A DNA stretch of 57,165 nucleotides from Anaerolineae bacterium (lineage in GTDB: Bacteria > Chloroflexota > Anaerolineae > UBA7937 > B3-Chlor): the NCBI GenBank assembly GCA_049697655.1, contig JBAVWD010000472.1:1-57165 (forward strand), given 5' to 3'. The translations under genes and the position numbers were made by a program. The notes under the pieces were generated by a model. That model was not told where the DNA came from, did not search any database, and was given only the letters and a program-made list of their open reading frames with translations. The first letter of the stretch is position 1; each line of letters starts with the position of its first letter. Of the stretch, positions 38,784 to 47,462 are shown in pieces.

Positions 38784-39947
38784 TCAGATACCCAGTACGA
38801 CGACACATCCCACCTGCATCAGGTCGCCCCACGACTGGGCAAGGCCGGTGCGCGGCTGTCCAGGGACCTGCCGCTTGCCAGCCTCTCCTCGTAGCTGCCA
38901 GAAGATCTCAGATAGCTTCATCATGCCCGAGGCGGCTATGGGGTTCCCTACGCCGAGCAGGCCGCCTGAGGGACAGACCGGCAGATCGCCATCTCTTGCC
39001 GTCACGCCGTCAGCGGTGAGACGAGGAGCCTCGCCTTTCTCGCAGAGGAGAAGACCTTCCAGGTGGTGCAGTTCCTTGTAGTCGAAGGGGTCATAGGGCT
39101 CCACCACATGGATCTCCTTCCTGGGCTCCTTGATGCCAGCCATGTCGTAGGCCATACGGGCGGCGTACTCCACGTACTTGGGATAGTACAGGTCACGGTT
39201 GGTCCAGTATGCGGTGTCCAGGGACCAGCCCACTCCTTTGACCCACACTGGCTTGTCGGTGACGCGCTTTGCCACATGCTCAGCAGCGAGAACCATGGCA
39301 GCCGCCCCGTCGCTCGTGGGGCTGATATCCAGTCGCTGCACGGGCCAGGCCAGGACTTCGGAGTTCAAGACATCCTCCACTGTGATGTCGGCTGCCAACT
39401 GGGCGCAAGGATGGTCCAGAGCGTTGCGTTTGTTCTTGACAGCCACCCTGGCGATATCCTTCTTTTCAAGACCGTGTACGGTCATGTAGCGGTTCATCTC
39501 CAGAGCGAAGATCCAGATCAGGTTCGGCTTGAGGGCTCGCTCCGTGGTGTGATCGAAAATCGTGAGGAAGGCACCCTGAGGGTGCGGCTTGCAGCTGGAC
39601 ATCTTCTCCTCGCAGACCACGAGGCAGGTGTCGAAGAGCCCAGACGCGACGTGATACCAGCCCTGGATGGCGGCAAACACTCCGGTACCGCCTCCAACGT
39701 AGCACCTCATATACGGTTTATTCCAGGCTCCTGCTGCATCGCTCAGGTATTCCCCCTTCATGTGCACGCCGTCAAAAGCGTCAGGGGCAGTGCCGAGGGC
39801 CACAGAGTCGATGTCATCGAGAGTCATTCCGCAGGAATCGAGGGCCATCTTGCTTGCCTGGTATGCCAACTCCCTCCCCGTTTCCTGCGCCCTGCGCATG
39901 AACTTGGTCATACCAGCACCTACGACCGCCACTTTCCGCATGCCCAT
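38784..39947 (-). CDS. Thiolase-like protein (SCP-x/Ltp clade), apparently lacking the nucleophilic Cys
   Basis: VAVVGAGMTKF N-terminus, ...VGGGTG...EEKMS core and C-terminal CPSGGLLGVGNPIAASG. The fold family is clear. The catalytic-residue status comes from an alignment by eye. Confidence 0.85.
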   Translation of the reverse strand: MGMRKVAVVGAGMTKFMRRAQETGRELAYQASKMALDSCGMTLDDIDSVALGTAPDAFDGVHMKGEYLSDAAGAWNKPYMRCYVGGGTGVFAAIQGWYHVASGLFDTCLVVCEEKMSSCKPHPQGAFLTIFDHTTERALKPNLIWIFALEMNRYMTVHGLEKKDIARVAVKNKRNALDHPCAQLAADITVEDVLNSEVLAWPVQRLDISPTSDGAAAMVLAAEHVAKRVTDKPVWVKGVGWSLDTAYWTNRDLYYPKYVEYAARMAYDMAGIKEPRKEIHVVEPYDPFDYKELHHLEGLLLCEKGEAPRLTADGVTARDGDLPVCPSGGLLGVGNPIAASGMMKLSEIFWQLRGEAGKRQVPGQPRTGLAQSWGDLMQVGCVVVLGI

Positions 39948-40013
39948 TCCTAACCTCCTCGCTACTCAACACTAGGACCGGCGCCCGAGAGAGGGGCCGG
40001 AATTGACCTGTTC

Positions 40014-41162
40014 TCAGACGCCCAGAACGACTGCCGCCCCGCTGGTGGTGGGGATGCCGCGCCATCCAAAGGCCATACCGGTCTCCACATCCTCCAGCTG
40101 TCGCTCGCCGGCTTCTCCTCTCAGTTGTATGACTACCTCCAGGACCCGGGCCAACCCTGAGGCGTCCAGCAGGTGCCCCAGTCCGAGACTTCCCCCCGAA
40201 GGATTGATGGGGAACTGGCCGTCAAGCTCTGTCTGGCCTTCTTGCACCAGGTAGCCTGCTTCTCCCTCGCGGCAGATGCCCAGGGCCTCCATGTGCTGCA
40301 GCTCCTTGTAGGCGTAAGTATCGTCCACTTCCGCGAAGTCGATCTCTTGCCAGGGGTTCCGTATGCCAGCCGTGCGATAGGCCATTTCTCCCGACTTGCG
40401 CGCGTAGGTGGCGCCCTCCCAGTCTCTGGTCTCCAGCGAGGGTGTTTCGTTGCACCAACCTACACCTCTGATCCATATCGGCAGGTCCGTCAAGTCCTCT
40501 GCCATGTCGCTGGAAGCGAGAACGATCACTATGGCGCCGTCTGCGTGGGAGCTGATCTCAAGCTTCTTGAGCGGATGAGATACGGTCTCGGAGCCGAGAA
40601 CCGTCTCGAGGTCGAGCCGGGCACCGTAAGCTGCCGATGGGTTGAGGAAGCCGTTGCCCCTGTTCTTGACCACCACCTGGGCACATTGTGCCTCGGTGGT
40701 ACCGGTGCTGTACAGATAACGGTTCATCTCCATGCCGGCAATGAAGACGGGATTCGCTCCAAGCGGTCGGTTGTAGATCGGTTCCATTGCGTAGGCGACT
40801 ACTTCGTTCGGTGTGAGCACGTTGGAAGCCTTGCTGTGTGCCTCGACCATCACGATATCCATGACCCCCGTAAGCACCTGCATGTAAGCTGCAATGAGCC
40901 CATGGATGCCGTCCCCCGGGATGGTGTGCACAGGTTTCAGTGCTCCCCCAATCTGGTCGGGGACGTATTCGTCGAAGATGCTGGTCCCCTCGTTGAAGTC
41001 TTCGGCTACACTGACGAAGCTCTCTATGTCGCGCTGCGGATCGACGCCTGCATCCTCATATGCCTTGGCCGCCGCGTCATACATAAGCTCCTTGTAGGAG
41101 AGATCCGGTGTTATGGATCGGAAACCTGAGTATCCGACTCCGACGATGGCTACTGCTCTCAT
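40014..41162 (-). CDS. Thiolase-like protein (SCP-x/Ltp clade), apparently lacking the nucleophilic Cys
   Basis: VAIVGVGYSGF N-terminus, ...IPGDGIHGLIAAY...HSKAS core and C-terminal NPSGGSLGLGHLLDASG. Confidence 0.85.
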   Translation of the reverse strand: MRAVAIVGVGYSGFRSITPDLSYKELMYDAAAKAYEDAGVDPQRDIESFVSVAEDFNEGTSIFDEYVPDQIGGALKPVHTIPGDGIHGLIAAYMQVLTGVMDIVMVEAHSKASNVLTPNEVVAYAMEPIYNRPLGANPVFIAGMEMNRYLYSTGTTEAQCAQVVVKNRGNGFLNPSAAYGARLDLETVLGSETVSHPLKKLEISSHADGAIVIVLASSDMAEDLTDLPIWIRGVGWCNETPSLETRDWEGATYARKSGEMAYRTAGIRNPWQEIDFAEVDDTYAYKELQHMEALGICREGEAGYLVQEGQTELDGQFPINPSGGSLGLGHLLDASGLARVLEVVIQLRGEAGERQLEDVETGMAFGWRGIPTTSGAAVVLGV

Positions 41163-41282
41163 ATGGTGATCCTCCTCAATTCACTCTCGGGACCGAAGCG
41201 CACCCATCGAACCGGTCAACTCCTCTGTCCGCCGTATCGGCTTCACGTAGCGGCTCAATGCGGCAAGATCCGACAGGGGCAG

Positions 41283-41308
41283 CAAAACGGCTGGCGCTTG
41301 GCCAGCCG
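41283..41308 (-). terminator. Rho-independent terminator downstream of the CPGS-like gene
   Basis: The minus strand reads CGGCTGGC-CAAGC-GCCAGCCG-TTTTG: an 8-bp GC-rich stem, a 5-nt loop and a T4 tract, starting 12 nt after the TAG stop. Confidence 0.55.
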
Positions 41309-41320
41309 CTAGGTGCACGA

Positions 41321-42637
41321 CTATGCAAACATCTCCCTCACTGGGTCCTCTAGCGTAGGTTGGCCGATCTCCTGGAGCTCGTACCGCACCCGGTCACACG
41401 GCCTATCGATCCGAGCTACTCTGCGCAGGTCTATCGGTGTAGCCACAACGACCAACTCGCATGGAGTGGCGTTGATGGTCTCTTCGAGTTCCTTCACCTG
41501 CTGGTGGCCATAACCCATGGCTGGCAGCAGCGGCCCGATCGTCGGGTACTTATCGTAGGTCTCCTTGATGGAACCAACAGCGTACGGACGGGGGTCGACC
41601 GTCTCAGCAGCGCCGAACCTCTGGGCTGCCACAGTGCCAGCCCCGAAACTCATTCCGCCGTGGGTCAGTGTGGGGCCATCCTCTACGACCAGCACCTTCT
41701 TGCCTCGGATCTCCTTGGGGTCTTCCACTGTGATAGGAGACGCCGCCTCCACGACCACCGCCCTAGGGTTTATGGACCGCACGTTGCGGCGTACGGTGCA
41801 GATATCTTCGAAGTCGGCTGTGTCTATCTTGTTAATCACTACCACGTCGGCCATCCGCACGTTGGCCTCTCCGGGGTAGTAGGCCAGTTCGTGTCCCGCG
41901 CGGTGTGGGTCTGCGACCACTATGTGCAGATCTGGTCTGTAGAATGGTAGGTCGTTGTTTCCACCGTCCCAGAGTATAACGTCGGCCTCCTTCTCAGCTT
42001 CGCGCAGAATGACCTCGTAGTCAACGCCAGCATAGACCACGCCACCTCTGTCTATGTGAGGCTCGTACTCCTCTCGCTCTTCGATGGTGGTATGGTGGCG
42101 GTCGAGGTCTTCGTAAGAAGAGAAGCGCTGGCAGATCTGATCAGCCAGCGTTCCATAGGGCATGGGATGACGCACGGTCACCACTCTCTTGTCCAGGGTT
42201 TCTAGGATATCTGCAACTCGTCTCGTAGTCTGGCTCTTCCCAGCTCCAGTACGGACGGCGCAGATACTGATTACGGGCAGCTCAGATTCCAGCATGGTGG
42301 CCTTGGGCCCCAGTAGTCTCAGATCAGCACCCGCAGCCAAGACCTCGGCAGCCTTGTGCATCACGTAGTCGTGGGAGACGTCGCTGTAGGCGAACACCAC
42401 TTGATCGACATCAAGTTCCTCGATCAGGTTCTGCAACTCCGATTCCGGGTATATGGGTATCCCCTCGGGATAGCTTTCGCCGGACAATTCCGGCGGATAG
42501 ATTCTGTCTTCGATGTTGGGGATCTGCGTGGCCGTGAAGGCGACAACCTGATAGGCGGGATTGCCGCGGAAGTAGACATTGAAGTTGTGAAAATCGCGGC
42601 CTGCTGCTCCCATGATGATGACCTTGTTTAACGTCAT
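41321..42637 (-). CDS. P-loop protein of the cyclic 2,3-diphosphoglycerate synthetase-like family (family name from memory)
   Basis: N-terminal VIIMGAAGRDFHNFNVYFRGNPAYQVVAFTATQIP and Walker A RTGAGKSQTT. The CDS is certain. The family assignment rests on my recollection of the MGAAGRDFHNFN N-terminus. Confidence 0.5.
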   Translation of the reverse strand: MTLNKVIIMGAAGRDFHNFNVYFRGNPAYQVVAFTATQIPNIEDRIYPPELSGESYPEGIPIYPESELQNLIEELDVDQVVFAYSDVSHDYVMHKAAEVLAAGADLRLLGPKATMLESELPVISICAVRTGAGKSQTTRRVADILETLDKRVVTVRHPMPYGTLADQICQRFSSYEDLDRHHTTIEEREEYEPHIDRGGVVYAGVDYEVILREAEKEADVILWDGGNNDLPFYRPDLHIVVADPHRAGHELAYYPGEANVRMADVVVINKIDTADFEDICTVRRNVRSINPRAVVVEAASPITVEDPKEIRGKKVLVVEDGPTLTHGGMSFGAGTVAAQRFGAAETVDPRPYAVGSIKETYDKYPTIGPLLPAMGYGHQQVKELEETINATPCELVVVATPIDLRRVARIDRPCDRVRYELQEIGQPTLEDPVREMFA

Positions 42638-42699
42638 TCCTGTCTCCTCTAGTGCGGGGCCGAACCTCGATCCTATGTTCGAGCCGAGAGAGCTGGGTC

Positions 42700-43605
42700 T
42701 TAGGCGAACCTGGATAGCAGGATTCCGAGTCCGTACAGCATGAGCAACGGGGTGGCCACCAGTGCCAAGTTAAAGGGGTCTGGCGTGGGTGTGACTACCG
42801 CTGCCACCACGAATATCAGCACGACGGCGTGCCTCCAGTAGGAGATGTATTTGCGAGTACTCATCAATCCCATCCTGGCTGCTACGTACATCACCAGTGG
42901 AGTCTCGAAAACCAGGCCCATCCCCAACATGAATGTGAGCACGAAGGAGATGTACGACGCGATGGTCCACTGTGGTTCCGCAATGTTCGCCCCGAAGCTC
43001 TTGAGATAGCCGAGGGCAAAGGGCAGCATCACCACGTAACAGAAGGTCACACCCGCGAGGAAGAAGATGGTGCCGGGCACCGTCCCGAAGAAGACTAGAT
43101 TCCTGAAGTATCTCTTCTCCTTAGGGTTCTCCATCGCAGGAGCGACGAAAGCAAGGAGCTGGAAGATGAGGTAGGGCAGCGCCAGAAGGACGCCGACCAT
43201 CAGGGCGACCTTGAAGTAGGTGAAGAACAGCTCGGTGGGGCGCAGGAAGATGGGCTTCAGATCTCCCGCTGGTCGAACGAGAATCTCCATCACTCTGCCG
43301 GTGAACAGAATGCTCACGGATGAAGCCGCTATGAGAGCTAGTCCTGCTTTTATGGCGCGGTACCGAAGCTCGACGAGATGCTCGGTCACTCCGTAGAGGA
43401 ACTGCACGATTCCGAATATCGGACTGCCCTGTCGACGCCAGTCCGCTCTGACCGTCTCCAGATCCAGGGGCTCCAGATTCTGTTGCGATCTTCTAAGGTT
43501 CGTCAGGCTGAGCCACAAGGCTTCCACCCCTTCGGGTAGTTTCCGTGGCCCCAATACGATCAATGCCACAAAACAGAGCATGGCTAGCCAGATTATGTCG
43601 GACAT
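42700..43605 (-). CDS. tatC: Twin-arginine translocase TatC with an N-terminal TatA/B-like extension
   Basis: The TatC core runs from HLVELRYRAIK to TPTPDPFNLALVATPLLMLYGLGI. The first 45 or so aa (IIWLAMLCFVALIVLGPRKLPEGVEAL) look like a TatA/B TM helix plus hinge. Confidence 0.9.
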   Translation of the reverse strand: MSDIIWLAMLCFVALIVLGPRKLPEGVEALWLSLTNLRRSQQNLEPLDLETVRADWRRQGSPIFGIVQFLYGVTEHLVELRYRAIKAGLALIAASSVSILFTGRVMEILVRPAGDLKPIFLRPTELFFTYFKVALMVGVLLALPYLIFQLLAFVAPAMENPKEKRYFRNLVFFGTVPGTIFFLAGVTFCYVVMLPFALGYLKSFGANIAEPQWTIASYISFVLTFMLGMGLVFETPLVMYVAARMGLMSTRKYISYWRHAVVLIFVVAAVVTPTPDPFNLALVATPLLMLYGLGILLSRFA

Positions 43606-43940
43606 CCGTCCTTCGCCTCTGGTCCTTCTGGCTGCTCCACTTGCTTCGTGACTTCATGATCGGCCTTCTCTTGGTCGTGTTGCTCTGGTGTCACGATTTG
43701 CTGGACCGACTCCTGCAGTTTCTTCTCCACGGATGCAGGGTCGAGCGCTTCCTTCAGTCCCTTCACTTCCTTCATCGGCACGTCAGCGACGGATTGGATC
43801 TCGTTCAGGGCCTGTCGCCACTTCCCGATGCTCTTCCCCAAATCCTTGGCCACTTGCGGTAGCCTCTGTGGTCCAAACACGACGAGCGCGATGATGAGAA
43901 TGACTAGAAGCTCTGCGGGCCCGACCCCTGCGATGTTCAT
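43593..43940 (-). CDS. tatA: Twin-arginine translocase subunit TatA/E
   Basis: GPAELLVILIIALVVFGPQRLPQVAKDLGKSIGKWRQA is the canonical TatA TM helix, FGP hinge and amphipathic helix. Confidence 0.85.
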   Translation of the reverse strand: MNIAGVGPAELLVILIIALVVFGPQRLPQVAKDLGKSIGKWRQALNEIQSVADVPMKEVKGLKEALDPASVEKKLQESVQQIVTPEQHDQEKADHEVTKQVEQPEGPEAKDGCPT

Positions 43941-44368
43941 CTGCTCTCAGTCTGAGCTTGCTTTGACACCTGCTTACTGGCCAGTGTGCCCAGTGCTCCG
44001 TTGACGAAGCGGCGAGAGCTCTCGCTGCCAAACAGCTTGGCCAACTCGACCGCCTCGTTGATGGCTACCTTCACGGGGATGTCTGGATCGAACAGCATCT
44101 CGAAGACTGCGATCCGCAGGATGTTTCTATCTATGGGCGACATCTGTTCCAGGGGCCACTCGGGCGCGATCTCCCGCAATATGGGATCAATGTCCTCACG
44201 GTACCTGAGTACGCCTTCCACAAGATGCTGGGCAAACTCTTCGCCGTCCGACGCCACGTCGCAATCGCGCAGCCGCTGCTGGAGAACTAGCGATGGGTCA
44301 TGGGCGGCCAGATCGACCTCATAAAGAGTCTGGAGAGCCACTGCCCTCGCCTGGCGTCGGGCTTTCAT
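43937..44368 (-). CDS. nusB: Transcription antitermination factor NusB
   Basis: ARRQARAVALQTLYEVDL N-terminus and VAINEAVELAKLFG segment. Confidence 0.92.
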   Translation of the reverse strand: MKARRQARAVALQTLYEVDLAAHDPSLVLQQRLRDCDVASDGEEFAQHLVEGVLRYREDIDPILREIAPEWPLEQMSPIDRNILRIAVFEMLFDPDIPVKVAINEAVELAKLFGSESSRRFVNGALGTLASKQVSKQAQTESR

Positions 44369-44739
44369 TCCTCAGTTTCCTCGTGCGGTTGGGTGTCTAC
44401 ACCAGCAGCGATGACATCGTCAATGTGGATATTGACCTCGCCAACGTGCATCCCTAGCATGTCGTTGATGGCGCGTGCGGTTTCCAACTGGATGTCGCGA
44501 CCAAGCTCCAGCAGATTCACGTTCGGTTCAACGACAATGTGCAAGTCCAGGTAGACAACGTCATCTTCCACGCGCATCCTAATGCCTTCACCGAGGCTCT
44601 GCCTGCGCAAGAGTCGGCCTACGTTCCTGGTGAAGCTTGAACTCATGGATGCCACGCCAGGAATCGATAGCGCAGTCAATCTCGCGATGGTCAACAGGAC
44701 CTGCGGGGCGATGGTGACTGTGCCGAGTTTCTCCTCCAT
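44365..44739 (-). CDS. Asp23/Gls24 (alkaline shock protein) family
   Basis: GTVTIAPQVLLTIARLTALSIPGV and LHIVVEPNVNLLELGRDIQ are typical of the family. Position upstream of nusB, as in Firmicutes. Confidence 0.85.
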   Translation of the reverse strand: MEEKLGTVTIAPQVLLTIARLTALSIPGVASMSSSFTRNVGRLLRRQSLGEGIRMRVEDDVVYLDLHIVVEPNVNLLELGRDIQLETARAINDMLGMHVGEVNIHIDDVIAAGVDTQPHEETEE

Positions 44740-44755
44740 GGGCCTACTCCTGTCC

Positions 44756-45511
44756 CTACAGCATCATGGCCATCATGCCGCCGTCCACGCCCAGGACCTG
44801 ACCGCTCACGTAGCTGGCCTCCTCCGAGGCGAGAAAAGCGACAGCGTTGGCTATCTCCTCCGCTGTGCCTGGTCGCTTCATCGGAGTCAGTTGCAGGATG
44901 TAGTCGATGAGCTCTTGAGGCAGGTCCGCGGTCTGGTCGGTGGGTACGTAGCCGGGGGCTACGGCGTTGACAGTGACGTTGCGAGCACCAAGTTCCCTGG
45001 CCACGGCCTTGGTAAAACCGATGACGCCCGCCTTGGAAGCTGAGTAGTTGGCCTGTCCTACCTGGCCGGCCACCCCGGAGACCGAGGTGATGTTTATGAT
45101 CCGACCGTACCGCTGCCGTATCATGGGACGTTGGGCCGCCTTCGTGCAGTTGTAGGTACCCTTGAGGTTGGTCTCCATGACGATGTCCCAGTCGTCCTCT
45201 TTCATGCGCATCAAAAGAGCGTCGCGGGTTATGCCGACGTTGTTGACCAGGATATCAAGCTGTCCGAACTCCTCCAGGGCAGCATCGATGAGTTGCTTGG
45301 CCTGCTCTGTCTCTTTGACGTCAGCCTGGACGGCTACGGCCTTGCCACCCGCTGCTGTTATCTCCTTCACCACCTCGTTGGCTGCGTCCGCGCTGCTGTT
45401 GTAGTTCACAACCACCCTTGCACCCAGTTTGGCCAGCTTGATGGCGATAGCGCGGCCAATCCCCCGCGAACTGCCGGTGACTACAGCGACGCGGTCAGTC
45501 AAGTCCAGCAT
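44756..45511 (-). CDS. fabG: 3-oxoacyl-ACP reductase
   Basis: SDR motifs VTGSSRGIG, NNVG and YSASKAG. Adjacent to fabD. Confidence 0.9.
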   Translation of the reverse strand: MLDLTDRVAVVTGSSRGIGRAIAIKLAKLGARVVVNYNSSADAANEVVKEITAAGGKAVAVQADVKETEQAKQLIDAALEEFGQLDILVNNVGITRDALLMRMKEDDWDIVMETNLKGTYNCTKAAQRPMIRQRYGRIINITSVSGVAGQVGQANYSASKAGVIGFTKAVARELGARNVTVNAVAPGYVPTDQTADLPQELIDYILQLTPMKRPGTAEEIANAVAFLASEEASYVSGQVLGVDGGMMAMML

Positions 45512-45528
45512 TCCGTATCTCCTCCCTG

Positions 45529-46503
45529 CTAGGCTTCGCCGGCGAGTGGCCGCTCATGGACAGCGCCGCTCCTCCACGTACGGACCGCGGAGACGTCACC
45601 TATGCAGACCCTGTTCACGTTGCTGTTGATGTGCTTGATGAGCTTGCTCAGGGTATCTTTCGGGCCAATCTCCACAAAGGTCTTGGCGCCATGATCGAGC
45701 ATCCACAACACCGACGCAACCCACTGCACCGGCGAGACGACCTGCTTTGTAAGCTCCTCTCGGATTGCGTCTGGGTCCAGGAGGGGTTTCCCGGTCACGT
45801 TGCCCACCACGGGCGTGTCGGTCTCGCGGAACTCGATGCCGTTCAAGGCTTCGCGAAGTCCTTCAGAAGCAGATTCCATGAGGACGGAGTGGCTCGCTAT
45901 GCTCACGGCGAGGGGGACCACTCGCCGCGCCCCTTGGTGTTGGGCCAGCTCGATTGCCCGGTCCAGGCCTCTCCTCTCTCCGGAGATAACGACCTGTCCG
46001 GGGGAGTTGATGTTGGCCACCTGAACGATAGTGGCTGTCTCCTGGCGGGCCACTGCGCAGGCCTCTGCGACGGACTCCGGAGGTAGACCCAGTACGGCAG
46101 CCATGCCACCGGGTCTTTGCTCCCCGGCTTCCTTCATTAGCCTCCCCCGCTCACGAACCAGCCTCAGTGCATCTCCGAAAGAGACCTTGCCGGCGGCCAC
46201 GAGGGCGGTGTATTCGCCCAGACTGTGCCCCGCGACTGAGGATACTACCCCTACCTCGTCCAGGTTTCCCATAGTCCGTAGAGTGGCCATGCATACAGTC
46301 AGAAGCGCTGGCTGAGTATTGATGGTATCGTTCAGTTCCTCCTCAGGTCCCTCGAAGCACAGCTTAGATAGCCCGAAGCCAAGAGCTGTATCCGCTTCAT
46401 CAAACACAGATCGCGCCTCGGAGTATTGCGCGCAGAGGTCAAGCCCCATGCCTACGTACTGTGAGCCTTGGCCTGGAAAGACAAGGGCCAGTCTATCCGG
46501 CAT
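45529..46503 (-). CDS. fabD: Malonyl-CoA:ACP transacylase
   Basis: FPGQGSQYVGMG and the active-site segment GHSLGEY. Confidence 0.92.
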   Translation of the reverse strand: MPDRLALVFPGQGSQYVGMGLDLCAQYSEARSVFDEADTALGFGLSKLCFEGPEEELNDTINTQPALLTVCMATLRTMGNLDEVGVVSSVAGHSLGEYTALVAAGKVSFGDALRLVRERGRLMKEAGEQRPGGMAAVLGLPPESVAEACAVARQETATIVQVANINSPGQVVISGERRGLDRAIELAQHQGARRVVPLAVSIASHSVLMESASEGLREALNGIEFRETDTPVVGNVTGKPLLDPDAIREELTKQVVSPVQWVASVLWMLDHGAKTFVEIGPKDTLSKLIKHINSNVNRVCIGDVSAVRTWRSGAVHERPLAGEA

Positions 46504-46621
46504 CTAGATTGTCTCACTCCCTTGCCGCAGCTGCAACGCTCGATGCGGTCGGAACAGAACAGCCCGTTGCTGGACGGGGAGATGATTCGAGCGCTGTCAC
46601 AAGAGGAGAAAAGGCGAGATC

Positions 46622-46813
46622 CTACTCCGGTTTTGCTTTCGGCTTCACTACCTCCACACCTTTGTAGTGCCCGCACGAAGGGCACACCCGGTGCGGAAGG
46701 TGTGGTTCGTGGCATTGAGGGCAGGCGATGAGGTGTGGCGTCCCTAGTGCCTGGTGGCTGCGACGTCCGCCTCTACGTGCCTTCGAGATCCTTCTCTTGG
46801 GTAGTGCACCCAT
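46622..46813 (-). CDS. rpmF: 50S ribosomal protein L32
   Basis: ALPKRRISKARRGGRRSH and CPQCHEPHLPHRVCPSCGHYKG. Confidence 0.95.
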   Translation of the reverse strand: MGALPKRRISKARRGGRRSHQALGTPHLIACPQCHEPHLPHRVCPSCGHYKGVEVVKPKAKPE

Positions 46814-46858
46814 GTCAAATGCTCCCGTCTTGCTATTCCTGGTCTATCAAAACTACGC

Positions 46859-47419
46859 TCATTGGGTTAATAGCAGCTGCCTGAGCACCTCGAGTCGCGG
46901 ATCTACGGCATCGGGCACGCATTGGCACTGCTCTTCGTTCAAGTTGTTGCCACACATTGGACAGAGACCTGCGCAGTCCCTCTTGCACAGAGGGTTCATC
47001 GGCATGGCCAAGAAGAGAGCCTGCCTAGCGACCTCGGTGAGATCCAGGACATGGTGCTCATCGATGGTCGTGGCGTCCTCCTCGGTATCGGACACCGGCA
47101 GCACGGCCACTGTGTGTATATCAACCGTTGGATGGAACTCCTCTTCTATCTCCAGTCGAATGGGGATGGAAAACGGCTCCAGGCAGCGGCAACACTCAAG
47201 CTGCACGGTCGTCGCCAGCGAGGCGGTGACCAGTATGCCGTCTGCCGTGCGGATCAGAGACACAGTACCTGTTAAGGGCGACTGAACACTCAACTCCGCG
47301 TCTATGCCGGCGATATCGTCAGACAGCTCCAGTCGGCGTGCCGCACCTGTTGAGCTCTGTAGCAGCTGTGCGACGTTGATTCTCAAGCCCGAGTAGTCGG
47401 TAACTCCCATCCGTCCCAT
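46859..47419 (-). CDS. yceD: YceD/DUF177 family protein
   Basis: C-terminal CKRDCAGLCPMCGNNLNEEQCQC and an internal ECCRCLEPF. Sits immediately upstream of rpmF. I prefer the ATG at 47419. The ORF-track extension to 47731 overlaps the upstream gene and has non-protein-like composition. Confidence 0.8.
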   Translation of the reverse strand: MGRMGVTDYSGLRINVAQLLQSSTGAARRLELSDDIAGIDAELSVQSPLTGTVSLIRTADGILVTASLATTVQLECCRCLEPFSIPIRLEIEEEFHPTVDIHTVAVLPVSDTEEDATTIDEHHVLDLTEVARQALFLAMPMNPLCKRDCAGLCPMCGNNLNEEQCQCVPDAVDPRLEVLRQLLLTQ

Positions 47420-47462
47420 TGTCTCCGTGGTCTGGCGCCCGCGCGCTGCCACCCCAATGCCG

